From positions 806,001 to 870,000 of the forward strand of contig JAQGDQ010000003.1 of assembly GCA_030141605.1 (NCBI GenBank): 64,000 nucleotides of DNA, read 5' to 3'. Shown here one piece after another: positions 12,233 through 40,800 of this stretch (positions within the stretch are counted from its first letter, which is position 1; each line of letters opens with the position of its first letter). The notes below the pieces were generated by a model. It saw nothing but the letters and a program-made list of their open reading frames with translations, ran no database searches and had not been told where the DNA came from. Both the position numbers and the translations under genes were made by a program. The stretch is from Tubiluchus corallicola. Taxonomy: Eukaryota > Animalia > Priapulida.

Positions 12233-12808
12233 ATGTCTGTTTATGACAACCACATTGATGAAACCAAAACACAGAACCGTTCCTCTAGCTCGGAAGATGA
12301 CGAAGAATTTGCACGTTTGAAATCAGCAGCAAATCATGATATCTGGCATGTAAAGACAAATAAAACTAATACAGAGTTTTCACAATATAAAAGAAATACT
12401 CATAAAGTTTTTGATAAAAAAGGAGATCTTGAGGATGCTTATTTTCCTTCAAAAATTAGAAGTTTTATAGCAAAGAAGCTTACTGCTAAGTTGGACAGTG
12501 AAATCGAAACTGTTGTCCTCGTGACTGGGTTGGAGAGCCTCAGTCAGGAAGTTAAAGGAAACGAAGAAACTTTTCGGTTATTTAAACATTCTGTGCCTGT
12601 CAGCTCTCCTTTACTGGTCACTAAAACACCGAAACGAAAACTAAGTTACAGCAGCAGTGATGCTGAGATTGATCTTTCGAGTGTTGCTGTGACTGCTGAT
12701 ATAGTAAAGAAGCAAGGAAAGACAGTGTCTACTTATCATAAATCTGGCACAGTTGAGTCTGGCATTCTTGCTGGTGTTAGATCTAAGAAACAGAAAGCAT
12801 CATTCTAG
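12233..12808 (+). CDS. CUSTOS: CUSTOS (C12orf43)-like protein, 191 aa, single coding exon
   Basis: Motifs in the order I recall for CUSTOS: SSSSEDDEEFARLKSAA (cf. SSSDAEELERCREAA), IRSFIAKKLTAKLDS (cf. FRAHVAKKLGALLDS), FRLFKHSVP (cf. FRLFFTSVP), KRKLSYSSSD, VAVTADIV and a basic C-terminus. Intact ATG to TAG; acceptor TTTTCCTGTTAG ends at 12220. Confidence 0.85.
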   Translation: MSVYDNHIDETKTQNRSSSSEDDEEFARLKSAANHDIWHVKTNKTNTEFSQYKRNTHKVFDKKGDLEDAYFPSKIRSFIAKKLTAKLDSEIETVVLVTGLESLSQEVKGNEETFRLFKHSVPVSSPLLVTKTPKRKLSYSSSDAEIDLSSVAVTADIVKKQGKTVSTYHKSGTVESGILAGVRSKKQKASF

Positions 12809-12877
12809 AACTTTACCCATTTGCAAAGTCTCTGATAATTCTGCTGCTGTTCTAGTGAAGTTTGCCAGTGATCAATA

Positions 12878-27795
<14,918 letters not shown>

Positions 27796-28064
27796 CATAT
27801 TTTCGACTATGGACTGTTAACATAGCTGGTGCGATATTCAGTGTTGAATAGTAGCACAGCAAGATTAAATGTACGTAATGTATTGAATATGTTAGTGTTA
27901 GTATTCGTTAATTTTTCAGTAGCTTTAGTGAAGCACTGGCTTCGTTTTTTACACTTAGCTACGAAAAGTAGCATTATGTCATGCTGAGAATAAGTAATAT
28001 ATGCTACTTTCTCATTATAACTTTTCACAAAAAATGCTGTGGATGTAAAATAGGCATTTAATTC

Positions 28065-28070
28065 AATAAA
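28065..28070 (+). terminator. Candidate poly(A) signal of RNPC3
   Basis: AATAAA about 270 nt after the stop codon. Confidence 0.5.
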
Positions 28071-28840
28071 TGTCCATTCCGTTTAAATACGGAGATGCAA
28101 AAAATGCTCTCATTAATATCTTACTGGCCGGTTATGTATGTATGTACCGGCATAGTTTTACACTTGTTTTAAAATGTTGGTACTCTAACAATTCCAACAA
28201 TTATAATTAAAAAATAATAGTAATAATTACGTAACAGCTTCTTTTTTATGAATTCTCTTTAAAAATGGTTATTTACAACCTTTCGTTATTACAGCACAAA
28301 AAATAATATAAAAAATATAAATGAAAAATATGCACTTGCCATCAACTTAATAATTTAATAATGTAGTAATAAGTTAAAAGTAATAGTTATAATTAAAAAC
28401 AAACAATGTCAATTTCAGTATCATTCACAAACAGCGTTATGTATTTTTCTCATTCTTTAACAAAATGAATATATTCAAACATACTTACAGATTAGATATA
28501 TATTAGTTTGTATATTAGTTTGTATACTAGGTAGGACATAGGGCAATTTTACTCCAACGCCTATGCACTCTAAAATTTATGTATTGTAATGTCTTCTTAA
28601 AACTGTTCTACATATAATCAATTGTTACTAATTCAGCATGTTGTTGTTGTCATTGTGCCAGCTCCCTTGATTTGACCAACTTCTTTCAGCTCGAAAAGGT
28701 AAAACATCTTGCACAAAAATAGTGATAGCTGTGGCAGACAGTGATGATGTGTGGGCGATATGGGTAGGATGTAGGGATGTGCGGTCGTAGATCCACATAT
28801 GGAGACGTTATAACATTTGTGCAATTGTGTAAAGCTGGAG

Positions 28841-31800
28841 CTAAGAATCAGGCTCTGGTGACACCTTGTTTCTAAAAAAATAAACTTGTTTAAATCAGAA
28901 AATAGCTGGTGAGTTTAATTAAAGAATGATGATGATGTCGTGGAAGCAAGCATGACAATGAGAGAGCAATAATTTGCCCATAACTTCAAAAATCATTTTC
29001 TGAATCACAAACCTGTGAAATTCCAACAAGTATACATAAGTGATAAACAAATTAAACATTGTACTGTTAATATTTGAATAGATTTGTTGATTTGGTGTAC
29101 ATTTTTGTGGAAGGCAGCTATACTGTAAGACCATAAGATTCGTTTTACACTTGTCTAACATTCTTTTACTTGATATAACACTGTCTAACATTACTTCATT
29201 TACTGTCTGACCTTAAATTTGACATAAAGAAATATACCAAAACTTCAAACAAATTTTTACAAATATTAGATGTAACATTGTCACATTTGATGTGAAACTT
29301 GTGATGTCATAAAAGTGTCTAAAACGAATGCTTGAACTTAGTTCCAAGTTTTTGAAAATTTGTTTAAATGATGACGTTTTTATATCACATCTAATCGCAC
29401 ATCTAATGTCAGATAAGTATGAAATTGGCTCAACATATCCATTTTAAGATGACATTCAGCAATAATGCCTTATTTGTGATTTCGAAGGCACTTTATCTGT
29501 CACAATTTCTATAAGTGATAAAAGTAATGAGGTAAGACCAGCTACTGCTTTGATCACATGACATGTGCACTAGACAACCACAATAGCCATACAAAGAAAA
29601 TAATCTTCTAGGAAAAAAAGAGTAAACAAACATGCTGATAATATGCCAAATAAACCACCTGACATCAAATAGAAAATTAACCCAAAAAATGGTTTCCAAA
29701 AAACGGTAAATAAAAAATAATGCAGCCATACTATAATACTTACTGTACACGAGTCCTGCTTGGCCTGTAAAAACATTATAGTATGTTATTTATATGAAAT
29801 ATCTGCTGTTACTTGTCAGGAAAATCATCGTGTTCATGATGTCATCCAATGTATGATGCATTTACAATAATTCAATTTCGTGTAGGAAGAATGCGGAAAT
29901 TGCTGTTGTATTTAATTGCAGAAATTTGTTTCACTCATAATTGCCATCATTAATCATACTGCACACTATTATATCATAGTCTGCTGATGAAACTCTATTG
30001 TTAGTCAAATAGTAACAGCAATCATGTTTAAAGTCTAAGCAATGGGTTGCAATTATAGCTGTAGTCACAAGGTTTTCTGGTAGACATACAATTATGTTCA
30101 TTCAGTGATTAGGCAGCTCAGGATAATAGACTGAAAGCATTTGTATGACGATTTGACCAAAATGAGATTTTTTTTGATGGTGACGATAACATCATTCACA
30201 CTTGATCTGTTTTACAACATTAGGTAAAAGTGCCTTTTACCGGATAGCTGTTCTTTCGATAAATTCTTGATCGCTTCTTTCTTGTTCTTCGTCTGTGTAG
30301 TCATCGTCACTTTCCACCACTCCTTCGTCAAAATGTTGCCATGCCACCACTTGGTCTGATTTGATGTTTTTTCCAGACGGAGTTTCGAGTATTATTCTGC
30401 AACAGGGTTTGCAATCAGTTGAAACAAAATTTGTGTCGAATTTGATTCGAATATTGAAATTTTTTTGATTTTCGATTATGTGAAGAACTATTTATTTAGT
30501 TTTATACTATACATTTTGTGTGCAAACTTAGTGCTGATTAACACTACTGAACAAAAGCACACAAAGCACATGCTCAAATAAGTAAGTGCAAACCGTACGT
30601 TTATAACAGTTTACATAACTCGTACAATACACTTGTGATTTCCTTATGTACAATATTTGTTTTTAGCATAGCACGAAACTTGCCTTTCAAATAACACTGC
30701 CAATAAATACATCTGAATAAAGTATGCAAAACATATTATACTGATTCAAGTATAATGTATAAAGCACACGTCTACTGTAATTTAACTTTTTATGTAACAT
30801 AATGTGCTTAGGATGACTAAGATTGCTTAGCATTTAGTGCAAATAGCTGCAGAGTAACTTTACTGCAGTGATTGAGCTGTATACGCACTTTGTTTTATCA
30901 TCTCTGTGCTGAAACTATGCTAAAATATTTTCCTAACTTACTGGGTTGTTACTATTATGTCTAAATGAACTTTAGTAACAGAATAGGTTAAATTGTAGGC
31001 TTTGAACGAATGCATGTTTTGTGTATTTCGTATTATCACATGAAATGAAAATTTTGTAACATCTATAATCAAAATCAATGGTAATTACTTTGATTTCAGT
31101 TCAGCACGGAAAGCCTCGATTATTTCAATTACGATTACGATTGCAAACCCTGCTCCAGAATAAGTTAATGACAGTAGAATGGTGCAGATATCTGCCATTA
31201 AATTTTGATTTATGAAGAGTGAGATGATGTATGTTTTAGTTAGTTTCTATGGCCACAGCCTGAATGATATTTGATACATTTTTTCAGACAGCAACAGCTT
31301 CGCAATTTGCTTTTACCCAACACTTAGACTTCAAATCATTAGACTTCAATAGATAGCTACCTGTCTATGTTAGTCTGCAAAAATTCAAAAGCAAATATTC
31401 AATCATCAGGTGACATTCATCTTTGTAGGATCTTGAACTAAGATTTTTTTTATTGGTGGGTTTGGGTGAATGCGAGGTAGTTTTATCTGAGATGACAGGT
31501 TGGCTGGTTTTGTGGTTGTGTGCAGATGTTTATGCGGGATGCAGGTAAAAATCACAGGAAAAATGGCACATGCATATATGTATATATATATAAAACTAAA
31601 AATCACTCAGTAGGAAGCAGGGCCTATTTCAGCCTAAGCGAGGCCCGGGGAAGTGGGGCGTGTGAGGCCCCCTCGAGGGGAGGGCGCCACCATGTTGGCG
31701 CACAGAAAATTTTTAAACTGCTAGAACGCCGGAGAAGCATTTTCGAAGAAAAAATATGGAGTTATACAGTTGTTAAAGGAAAGAACAATTGAAAGAAAAA

Positions 31801-34800
31801 CTGCTTTATTCTCAAGACCAGTCCTTAGTACTTGTCAATACTGGCAAACGGCGGGCATGCGGCAAGAGAGGGAGAGGGAGAGAGGAGGCAGTATGTTCGC
31901 ATAAAGCAAAAAAATGTTACCTTGGCGCGAGGCCCCCCTGGAGGGTGAGGCCCCGGGGAAGTATCCCCACTCCCCCCCCTGAAATAGGCCCAGGTAGGAA
32001 GCATATATCCAGCAAAGTTGAACAACCATAAACACATTAGTCTGACTTTACAGAAAAAAAGTGAAACAAAGCTGAATCAATTTTTATATAGATTGGTTAA
32101 ATAACCCACAAAACATTTTGTTCATAAAAGAGAATTATAATCAGCAGTGCACGAATATCCTACTTAGTGTTTGTTTACAATTCTTTGACCCTTTTGACAT
32201 TGATAATACAGACTGACATACATACCATATTTACATATGGAAATTAGCTTGTACGGCTACATAAACAAAGATTATAGACAACATTACATAGTTTTTCAGG
32301 TGAGAAATCCATGGAAATGGAACCTGGAACTAATTTGTAGTCATTTATCCTGGCAGAGATATTTGTTATCTTACCCTGTCTTATAGCCAAGTTCCTATTT
32401 CCAAAGAGCTATAAAATTCCCTCTGAGACTGCCGTAAAGCACCTGACAAATGCGTTTTTGTACATGGAGTTCTAACAACTTTCTTGAAAATATGAGCAAA
32501 AAACGCTCTTTTTGGCAGCTTTTTTGCGCTTTGACTGACACCGGATTTGTCTTGCTTATCCTGTGGCCTATGACCGACTTCCAAGCTAAATTTAGTGGAA
32601 AACTGTTAAGTAGTTTTTGGCTTTTTTTGCGTAATCCTGTTAGCAAACAGACAGACAAATCAATGGCAATGAAAACATAACCTCCTTGATGGAGTAATCA
32701 TAAGCACAATCATAACTCACAACTTCAGTTTTAGCACTGCCTATGTGATTCAATGCGAGTAGCTGGATACTTCCTCATGCCAACTAAAAACTGTGTAACA
32801 ACAACAAAAAAAAAAACGAAATGTATTTACTTGTGCTAAACTCACTACACAGGTTCACTTTCTTTCAGCAGAATCTCGCTAAGTGACGCTCGTACAGGAT
32901 CTCTGTATGAACCAATAATGCAAATTAGCCACACTCAGTATACATAACTTGCCAATATGTTAAAAGTTGTTTAATTAAATGATTGATAGTGTACAGATAT
33001 CTTAGGTGATAAATGTGATTTGCAAGCACATGTCCTAAGATCCCATTGGTTAAAACAAGTTTTCTGTTAGCTTTTTTTGATGTAGTTCTTTTTTTATACA
33101 CATTCTGCTATTTCATTTCTGTAAATTGTATTAGAGGTACGTATAAGAATTACATCAAGATGCTTATCATTGTTTTTCATCTACCGAATAATGACACTCT
33201 CATGAAGTAAGACTGCTTCTAATACTAGTAATAGGGAAACAGGTAAAAATCACCAGTTTTGGCATGAAGAGAAAATGAAATAATATTATGTCGTTTGATT
33301 TATTTGATTTACAATGCAATCACTCAGTCGACTCTATTGATTTGAGAGAAAGCATATTACTACGTGCAGCCATGGGGTATATATAAATATACTCTATTAC
33401 TAGGCATTAAATAAGTGTTGTGTTTTGTTTCTCTCGGAAGGCTCGTAGAGAAAACCAGAAAACACTTTGTCAAATTAAACTAGTTTATTAAGCGAGAATT
33501 CTGCAACACAAAAGTATGAAGGAACGCGTCCGTGCGAAATCTGCGTGCGTATCTCAGCGGCCTGCTTTGCCTTATATAGGGTGCCAGGGAACGTTCTAGA
33601 TGTTTCTTTCTAGAACATTCTACAAGGTAAGACGAATATTCTAATGGAAAATTTTACAATGTTCTATTTAATTCTAATAGATGCCAGCGATCTCCACAAC
33701 AATAAGTCAGATTTAAATTACAGCCAAAGCTCATTTAGCTTCAGTACATTCTAACAACTCTAACTAGTTCATTTATGTGAAAATTTTTGATTACCAAAAC
33801 AAAATTTGTACTTGACTTTCTTTTTGTTCTTCGAAGTATAAGATTTCAAAAACTACATGCACTGACTTAAGTTAGTTTTCGTTATTGTTTTCAGTAAGTC
33901 TTTTGATCGCCTTTTACTGGACTCATGCATTCACTATGCTTGTAAGTAAATTGAAATTTTTTTAGAGTGTTGCTAAGTATTTGCAAATTCCATTACGAAA
34001 TCGGTCGTGGACACACTCTGACACTCAGTACTATAGTTGTCTCATTTCAGACAGACAGTCAGACTTGTTTCACACACTGTTAGGCTTGTAAATCATTAAG
34101 ATCCGACATGATGAAATAATGGCTTAAACCATGCATTTAGCTCCTAAGCCGAGTATCAATGACTGCCGAATCCATACCAAGGTTTGATTTGAGGTCAATG
34201 CCTTGTTTTGATTTGATTTGGAAGTGATTTGACTATTTTACCGAACACTACTACACACTGTGAAGCAAAGCTACTACTAGAAAATAACAAGTTTAGAAAT
34301 CTTAAGTGTATAAACAATATTTTACTGAATGATCACCAGGCAACTTGCATTGTTGCAGCACACCTGAAACAAACTAGGTTGTATAGGTATGCCACATGAG
34401 TAAAATGACAGCATACAATCATGAAGCCATTCGATATTAAATGTGTGGGTTAGCTTTACCTGGAACAATAACGAAGTAGATATGTATTAGAAAAAAAAAC
34501 TGGTCAGACCATATTACAGAATTTACATTAACAAAAAGCTAATTTACAGTAATAGAACTCATTACACTTAGCAAAATGAGGACATTTTGACAGGGGTTTT
34601 AGTTATGACTTATGTTGGTCACGTGTGCTCTAAGCACTTCACACGTTAAGATGTCAGAAAATTAAGAGAGCTGATTGTCAGTTACAAGATCTTGATGTAA
34701 ATCCAAGACGTTTTGTAGAGAAGACATTCTAAAGCTGCAAAGACACAACTGAAAATTGTAAGGGGTGACTTTTGCACTGATTAATTTATGAAAATATGGC

Positions 34801-37800
34801 ACTTTTGATCATATCTATGTCGGCTTGAAATTATGGACTTGGGTTTACTTTAGTTTGTTCAAGTTGCTTGGGGGTTTTTTTGGTGAAAATGTGCAATAAT
34901 GGCTTGCAACTAAAGTGTGTATAATGACTTTACCATTAAACAAGGTGAGGTTACAAAATTCTTAAAGAGCTGAAATTAAAAAAAAAGACCTATGACTGCT
35001 GCAAAACCACATTTCACAATACTATAAAACACGATGTCCACCTGAAAGAAAGTAGTGAAATTTGACTTCAAACCGAATTTAGTACTTACACAGGTACACT
35101 ATTCTTGTTGCTGCGTGAAGACTGTGTTCTTTGACTACTTCGAGAAACGGGCAGACTACCTCGTGCGCTGTGTCGTGGGTGATGTGAAGCAGACGGACTT
35201 TGTGTCGTTCCACGTGAAGCTCGAGAAGAATTGTCATAAGAGTTTCGTGAACTATAATTGACATTTTTTGAAGAAAACCCACTCACACTTATATCCGCAC
35301 TTCGCCGCCTGTAGATACCCTTGGCATATTTACGTAACTTTGCAGCAAATATGATGCCGAGAATAAAAATCATTGCACTCCAACCAAAACAAAACCAAGA
35401 CATGTTCTGTAAAAAAATTTCTTGTAAGCATTTGAATTTTAAACAGCATTTAACTTCCACATGCACTTCAGAGTATTATGCGTTATGTGATCATTAATGT
35501 ATCTAGTTAACCGCAATCAATTAACCAGTCCGGCAAGTTTTTGTACCAGTTAAATCAAATACATCTGCAATATACTCTATATTAAAGGGACAGTGCACCC
35601 GAAAATCATGTTAATATTGATAGTTCTCATTTTCAGTAATTTAATAGGTACTATTTGCTCAAATAAGTTTGTTTTTTGGGAGATCTTATAGTTTTTCAAG
35701 TTTACCCTGCTCACAAAGTGTGACGACTGGTACTTGCTTTATTAGGTTATAATAACACAGGATCTTGACAAATGTTTCCTGACAAAAATGCACATTTACA
35801 TTACACATTTCTCTCCAGAAAATTCCAAATCTTTTTGCAGTTTTACACCACACTGACCACTTTTTCCCACTTCTCCCCCTCCTATAACAAGTTGAAGCAG
35901 AATATAATGATTAGTGATAGCACAGCATACATGCATATCTTCAATAGAATTTGCAATACATTATGTGGCATGCCATTTGATAATACGCTTCACTCTCATT
36001 GATTATCGCTTTGTAAGTTTTATTTTTCGTTGGACAAATGGGTTAAATTAGCAAGTTTTAAAAGCTTAACACATTTTGGAGGCAGAGTTATATACATTTT
36101 ATTATTATGATGGGTAAGGCTTATTTAAATAACTATGTAGTTATTTTTTTACTACTGACTACTTCTGTAGCCAAAATGTGATAATTATTGCATTAAGTGG
36201 AGCCAATTGGTACACACTTCTTTTTTCTTGAAGGTAACCTGTGAGCTGTATCACTTCATGAGACTCAACTCATTATTGCATTTGATTTTTAAGAGAAATT
36301 GCATTAAACTTTGTTAGCACAAAGATGATGACATCATGGCTAAAACCTAGTTGTGTTGTATATGCCAATTTCTAATTTTCAGTGACAAAAAATATTTTAG
36401 CCGTATTTATCACAACATAAACTATCTTTTAAACCAAACTTAATTTTATGGTGTAGGCCTACTACACCTTTGAGAAATAACTTACAGAGGAAAAGTACTC
36501 TCATAATATGTGGAAATATAATAACGATGGCAACAATTACAGAGATGGAAACATTAAATTTTCATGGTACATAGCCGTACATACTTAGTATTTATTGCAC
36601 AACTGTAGAATCTACAGTAAACTTGTCTGTGATATTATAAGTTTTAACATCATGCACTATTTGTAATAGTGAGTAGCAATGAATAAAGCTCAATCTTTGG
36701 CACTTACCAAAGGATTAAGAGCAATGTTGCACAGCAAAACAGACATGCTATCGTACAGAGTCCACAATGGTGCACACCCAGCAATTTTCGTTCCAAGCAG
36801 ATCTACGCTATGCTTAATAAATTGTTCAGCATAGCCAGTTAGTCTGTTAAGATAAATGATGACACGCCCCTCTACAATTTCATTACCATTTGTCTGTATT
36901 TGCATTTCTATCGCATCCAATTTAGAATAGGCGGTCTTTATATCTGCGCTGACAGCTTCACGTTTCACCAACAGGTCATCAATGTCAGAAAGAACAACTT
37001 TCTTGTCCTCCCCTATTGGTATTATATGGTCATCGTGAATTGCCTCAGCCCTGCCAGCCAAGAACTCCAGGTCCGATCCAATTTGTGGATGGACGCGAGA
37101 AAGATCTCGCAGAGTCTTAGCCAAGTTAGGCAGGTCTGCAGCTGTCGCAGATACATTGATCTAAAATAACAAAACAATAGTTTATTTGTTAATGTTAAGT
37201 AGTTAAAGGTAAAATTCTATTATTAGTTAAGACTTGTTCAATTTAAAAACCAAAGTCCAAAAATATCAATTAGTAATTTTCTTGCACAAAACAAATAACG
37301 GATTTTTGCAAGGTGCAATTTTATTTTGATAATAATAATAATAATTTTAAAGTTGGCATTTTGAATCAGCAATTAACATAAGCTCCAAAGAGCTTTTGGG
37401 TCGACTCTAAATAACAAACTACAACAACATAACAAAGGTCATTATTATCCCATTTTTACCCTAAATGTCATGAGCTCGGCAGAGAAACAACAGGTACCAT
37501 TTTTAAGTCTTTGGTATGACCCAACCGCGGTATCGAACTCATGACCTGCCAGACGAAAGCACGTGTTACAACTAGATTAAATCGATGGTAAACAATGTGC
37601 ATACTGACTAATGCATCTATACTATTAATCAAGCCGAGTTTGAGAGAGAGAGAGAGAGAGGGTACTAATGCACTGCTAATGCTTCATGCTTTATGTACAT
37701 TATGTCAGTGATGGATGATTAAATATGAATAACTCACCTCTGATTTGTATGACTCGGTATCCACAGCATTAGTATTGTTCAGGAAATCATCGAGTTGCTG

Positions 37801-40800
37801 TCGAAGTTCTGGAGTAAGAATAGTTGTATTCGAAAGATTTACTTTTTCATGTACAGCATCTTTGATTGCACTAGTATTGAGCTTCTGCAAATAATCTTGT
37901 AGTATTTTGGCAGGTAGTATGTAATTTCCAGCTCAAGAGAAACATGCATGACAGAAAACCATAAAGTATGAAAAAGAATTCTTTCGAATCAGGAATAATT
38001 TTGTAAAATTACATCAAAAAGATGCAATGCTAACAGATTAAATAATGGATGTGCCCTTCTACGCTTTCTAGGTGGCCACTGGCTTATGAGTACATATTTT
38101 AAAACCCACGGAAATTCTTGTCAAAAAATCAAATCTACAAAATTTACCAGATTTTGCATTAATTAAATAAATGAAATTGGCATTATCAATTTATGTTGTT
38201 AGAAGTAAACATTACATATCACATTGCAGCGTGCACGAGAAAAAGTGTACTCTCTTAACGAATTTGCTAAAAATACACTCAGAACCTCATCTCAAGGTTT
38301 AAAGGTTTGGGGAGGAGTATCTCTAATATATTTGGAAACATTAACTCCTTCAGTAAATGTTTAAATGAAAAACTGGTCTCACTAAGCAGCGATTACATTA
38401 TATTTCATAATTTTTGTAGGTTTCTACTCCTCACACTATGGATTTTCATGCAAAATTATAGATGAGCTTCATTTGCTTACCTTAGACAAATTAAAGACCG
38501 ATTTTTGACGAAAAAATTGAAAAAAGCTTGCAGTCAATGTACAGTATCACTTGTATGAAATCAGCTAATGCAAATAATTGTAACTATCCAGACACAGCAC
38601 TCTATACACTTTGGTCTATTCAATTTTTAAGGGGAAATTGTTGTTAAAAGATGAGGCTATCTTAATTTGTCCGTGGCTGATCGGTTGGTTTTCCTTGAAT
38701 AGCAGCCAACTTGGGTTGTAGCAAGCAGGGGATCGATAAAGTAGTGTACAATCATGCAAGTGTATGCCAGACTAATTCACTCAATAGGCCAATTTGGAGT
38801 GTCTGAAGAGGGCATGTTCCTCTTAGTTTTATCCAATTAAATCACATAAATGTTTAAACAAATGGCATGATTGGATAGCTGAGTTTCTCCTACATAGAAC
38901 AGTACCTAATTTGTAATCATTTATTTATGTCTGTGTTCATACAATATACGATCTATTTTCAAACGGCTCGGTCCAGAAAGAGTTAAACACCTCTAATAAG
39001 TCTAACTAATTTATACAGCTGTAACTATATTTAGTTTTTACGATATGTTTTAGACGGCCTTAAACAAGACAAAAAAGGCAGCTTTGACAATAAATGTTCA
39101 TGCACCTACTGCCTTACAGCTAGAACCGTAGCTAAAAATGGTTTTTATGGTTAGCCGATTAGCCACCTGTTAATTATACATGTATCTGAAAATAATGTAA
39201 TCTTTAAATGTAATATGAACACTGTTAATTAAGTTATTACCTCTGATACATTAAGCAGGTTATCAATGTCATATGCATTATCAAGTTTTAATGCTGTCCA
39301 TATGGGTTCATTCTTTCGACATGATCTAAAATTAAGCATTTATTGATAGCCTAGTCATCCATGTAACCATGACACACAGAATAGTGAACATTAAATCCAC
39401 AGAAATAAGAAATATATTAAAAACAGAATATAAAAACGAATAAATGCATGATTGAATAAATGGATTCACCAACTATTGTAAAAATACTATAATGTATCTA
39501 ATTTAGTACAAAAATGTTTGGGCAAAGTCAATAGGTGCGTGTGGTATATTGTGTGATTCAGTTTAGTATGAGCGTTGACTTAGTACAAAATGAAATTTCG
39601 CCTAAAATTGAATATATTTGCAGTAAATAAATAAATAAACTAACACAAAAATACAAATTAATGAATAATTTAAAAATAATTCTTAATAACAAATATTGAC
39701 GCAATTAATAAAAATAGCCTTAAGAAGAAGTGAAAAAAACGACAACAAAATACAGTATATATCTTCATGTGAAAGAAAAAGGACAAAAAAATCACAAAAG
39801 ACAAAGCATAATACTTTTCTGGATTTCAGAAAGTGATAATGCATTCGTTAATTAAGCACAGAAACCAGAGTACATGAAACTCAAGGTAAAAACATAATAA
39901 GCACAAAAAAGTGTTACCACTATAAATCCAAACCAGACAGTCAATGACCGTGTAGGTCACCTCAAGAAAAATTTGCAATAACCACACTTGTATTATACAA
40001 GGTCAAGCACAACTGCACACTGGCTAATTGGGGTCATGTGTTATCACGTTGCCATGACATCCTACTAGTATACAAATGGGTTAGAGTCAGAAAAACTTTG
40101 ACAGTGCCTTCATAGGGGTCACTGATGATAATCCTCTGGATTGTTACATCCTGCTGTGCTCTCTGTTGTCTTTCTATTAACTTTGCATCTAGCATCTTCC
40201 TACATCTGGCCCACAGCAGATCCTTAAAATAATGATTCTAGTATTGAATTTCTAAGCTTATAGTACCCTATAATTATTACACAAGTGTTTGCAACATTTC
40301 CTTTAGATGCCCTGTGGGTGACCTCAGATGGCCAAGAATTTTTGACCGTGGTCATTCAGTTTGATATGCATTTTATGCAAAAGTTACTACACACCAAAAA
40401 TCTAAGATGAAGGACAAAAGGTTTTAGCAAAATAAAGAAAATTAAGTCATTTGTCAACGACGCTCGATGTTTTAATGAACCATGTCAAACTGCCTCTGTG
40501 TAAGCTTTATTTGACTATCTTCCACAATATGTTTGACACAGTCCCTGCAGATGCCTTTCAGGTGACCCCAGCTGGGCCAACATTTGTTAGTGTCAAAACT
40601 GCCTCACCCCAGGTTTTAATTTGATATATTACTCGATATGGCACAGACACTCCCTGTTAATGACCTTTGGGTGACCCCGGGTGGGCCAACATTTTGGCAG
40701 TGTCTAAAACTCTAGAGTATTACAATGTTTTCTGTATGTTGCATCTGTTTGGCCTCAAAATTGGCAAAGAATATGTATTTTATCTGTTTTGGCAGAAATG

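Noticed and set aside
27796-28200. Search for a USSE (tandem U11-binding 5' splice site motifs) in the RNPC3 3' UTR
   Set aside because: No tandem GTATCCTT/ATATCCTT-like pair visible by eye.
35020-35089. 48-nt intron plus short terminal exon (VWTSCFIVL-stop) after the prominin 35090 donor
   Set aside because: Shorter than every other intron modelled here and not needed for the frame; cannot be excluded without RNA data.
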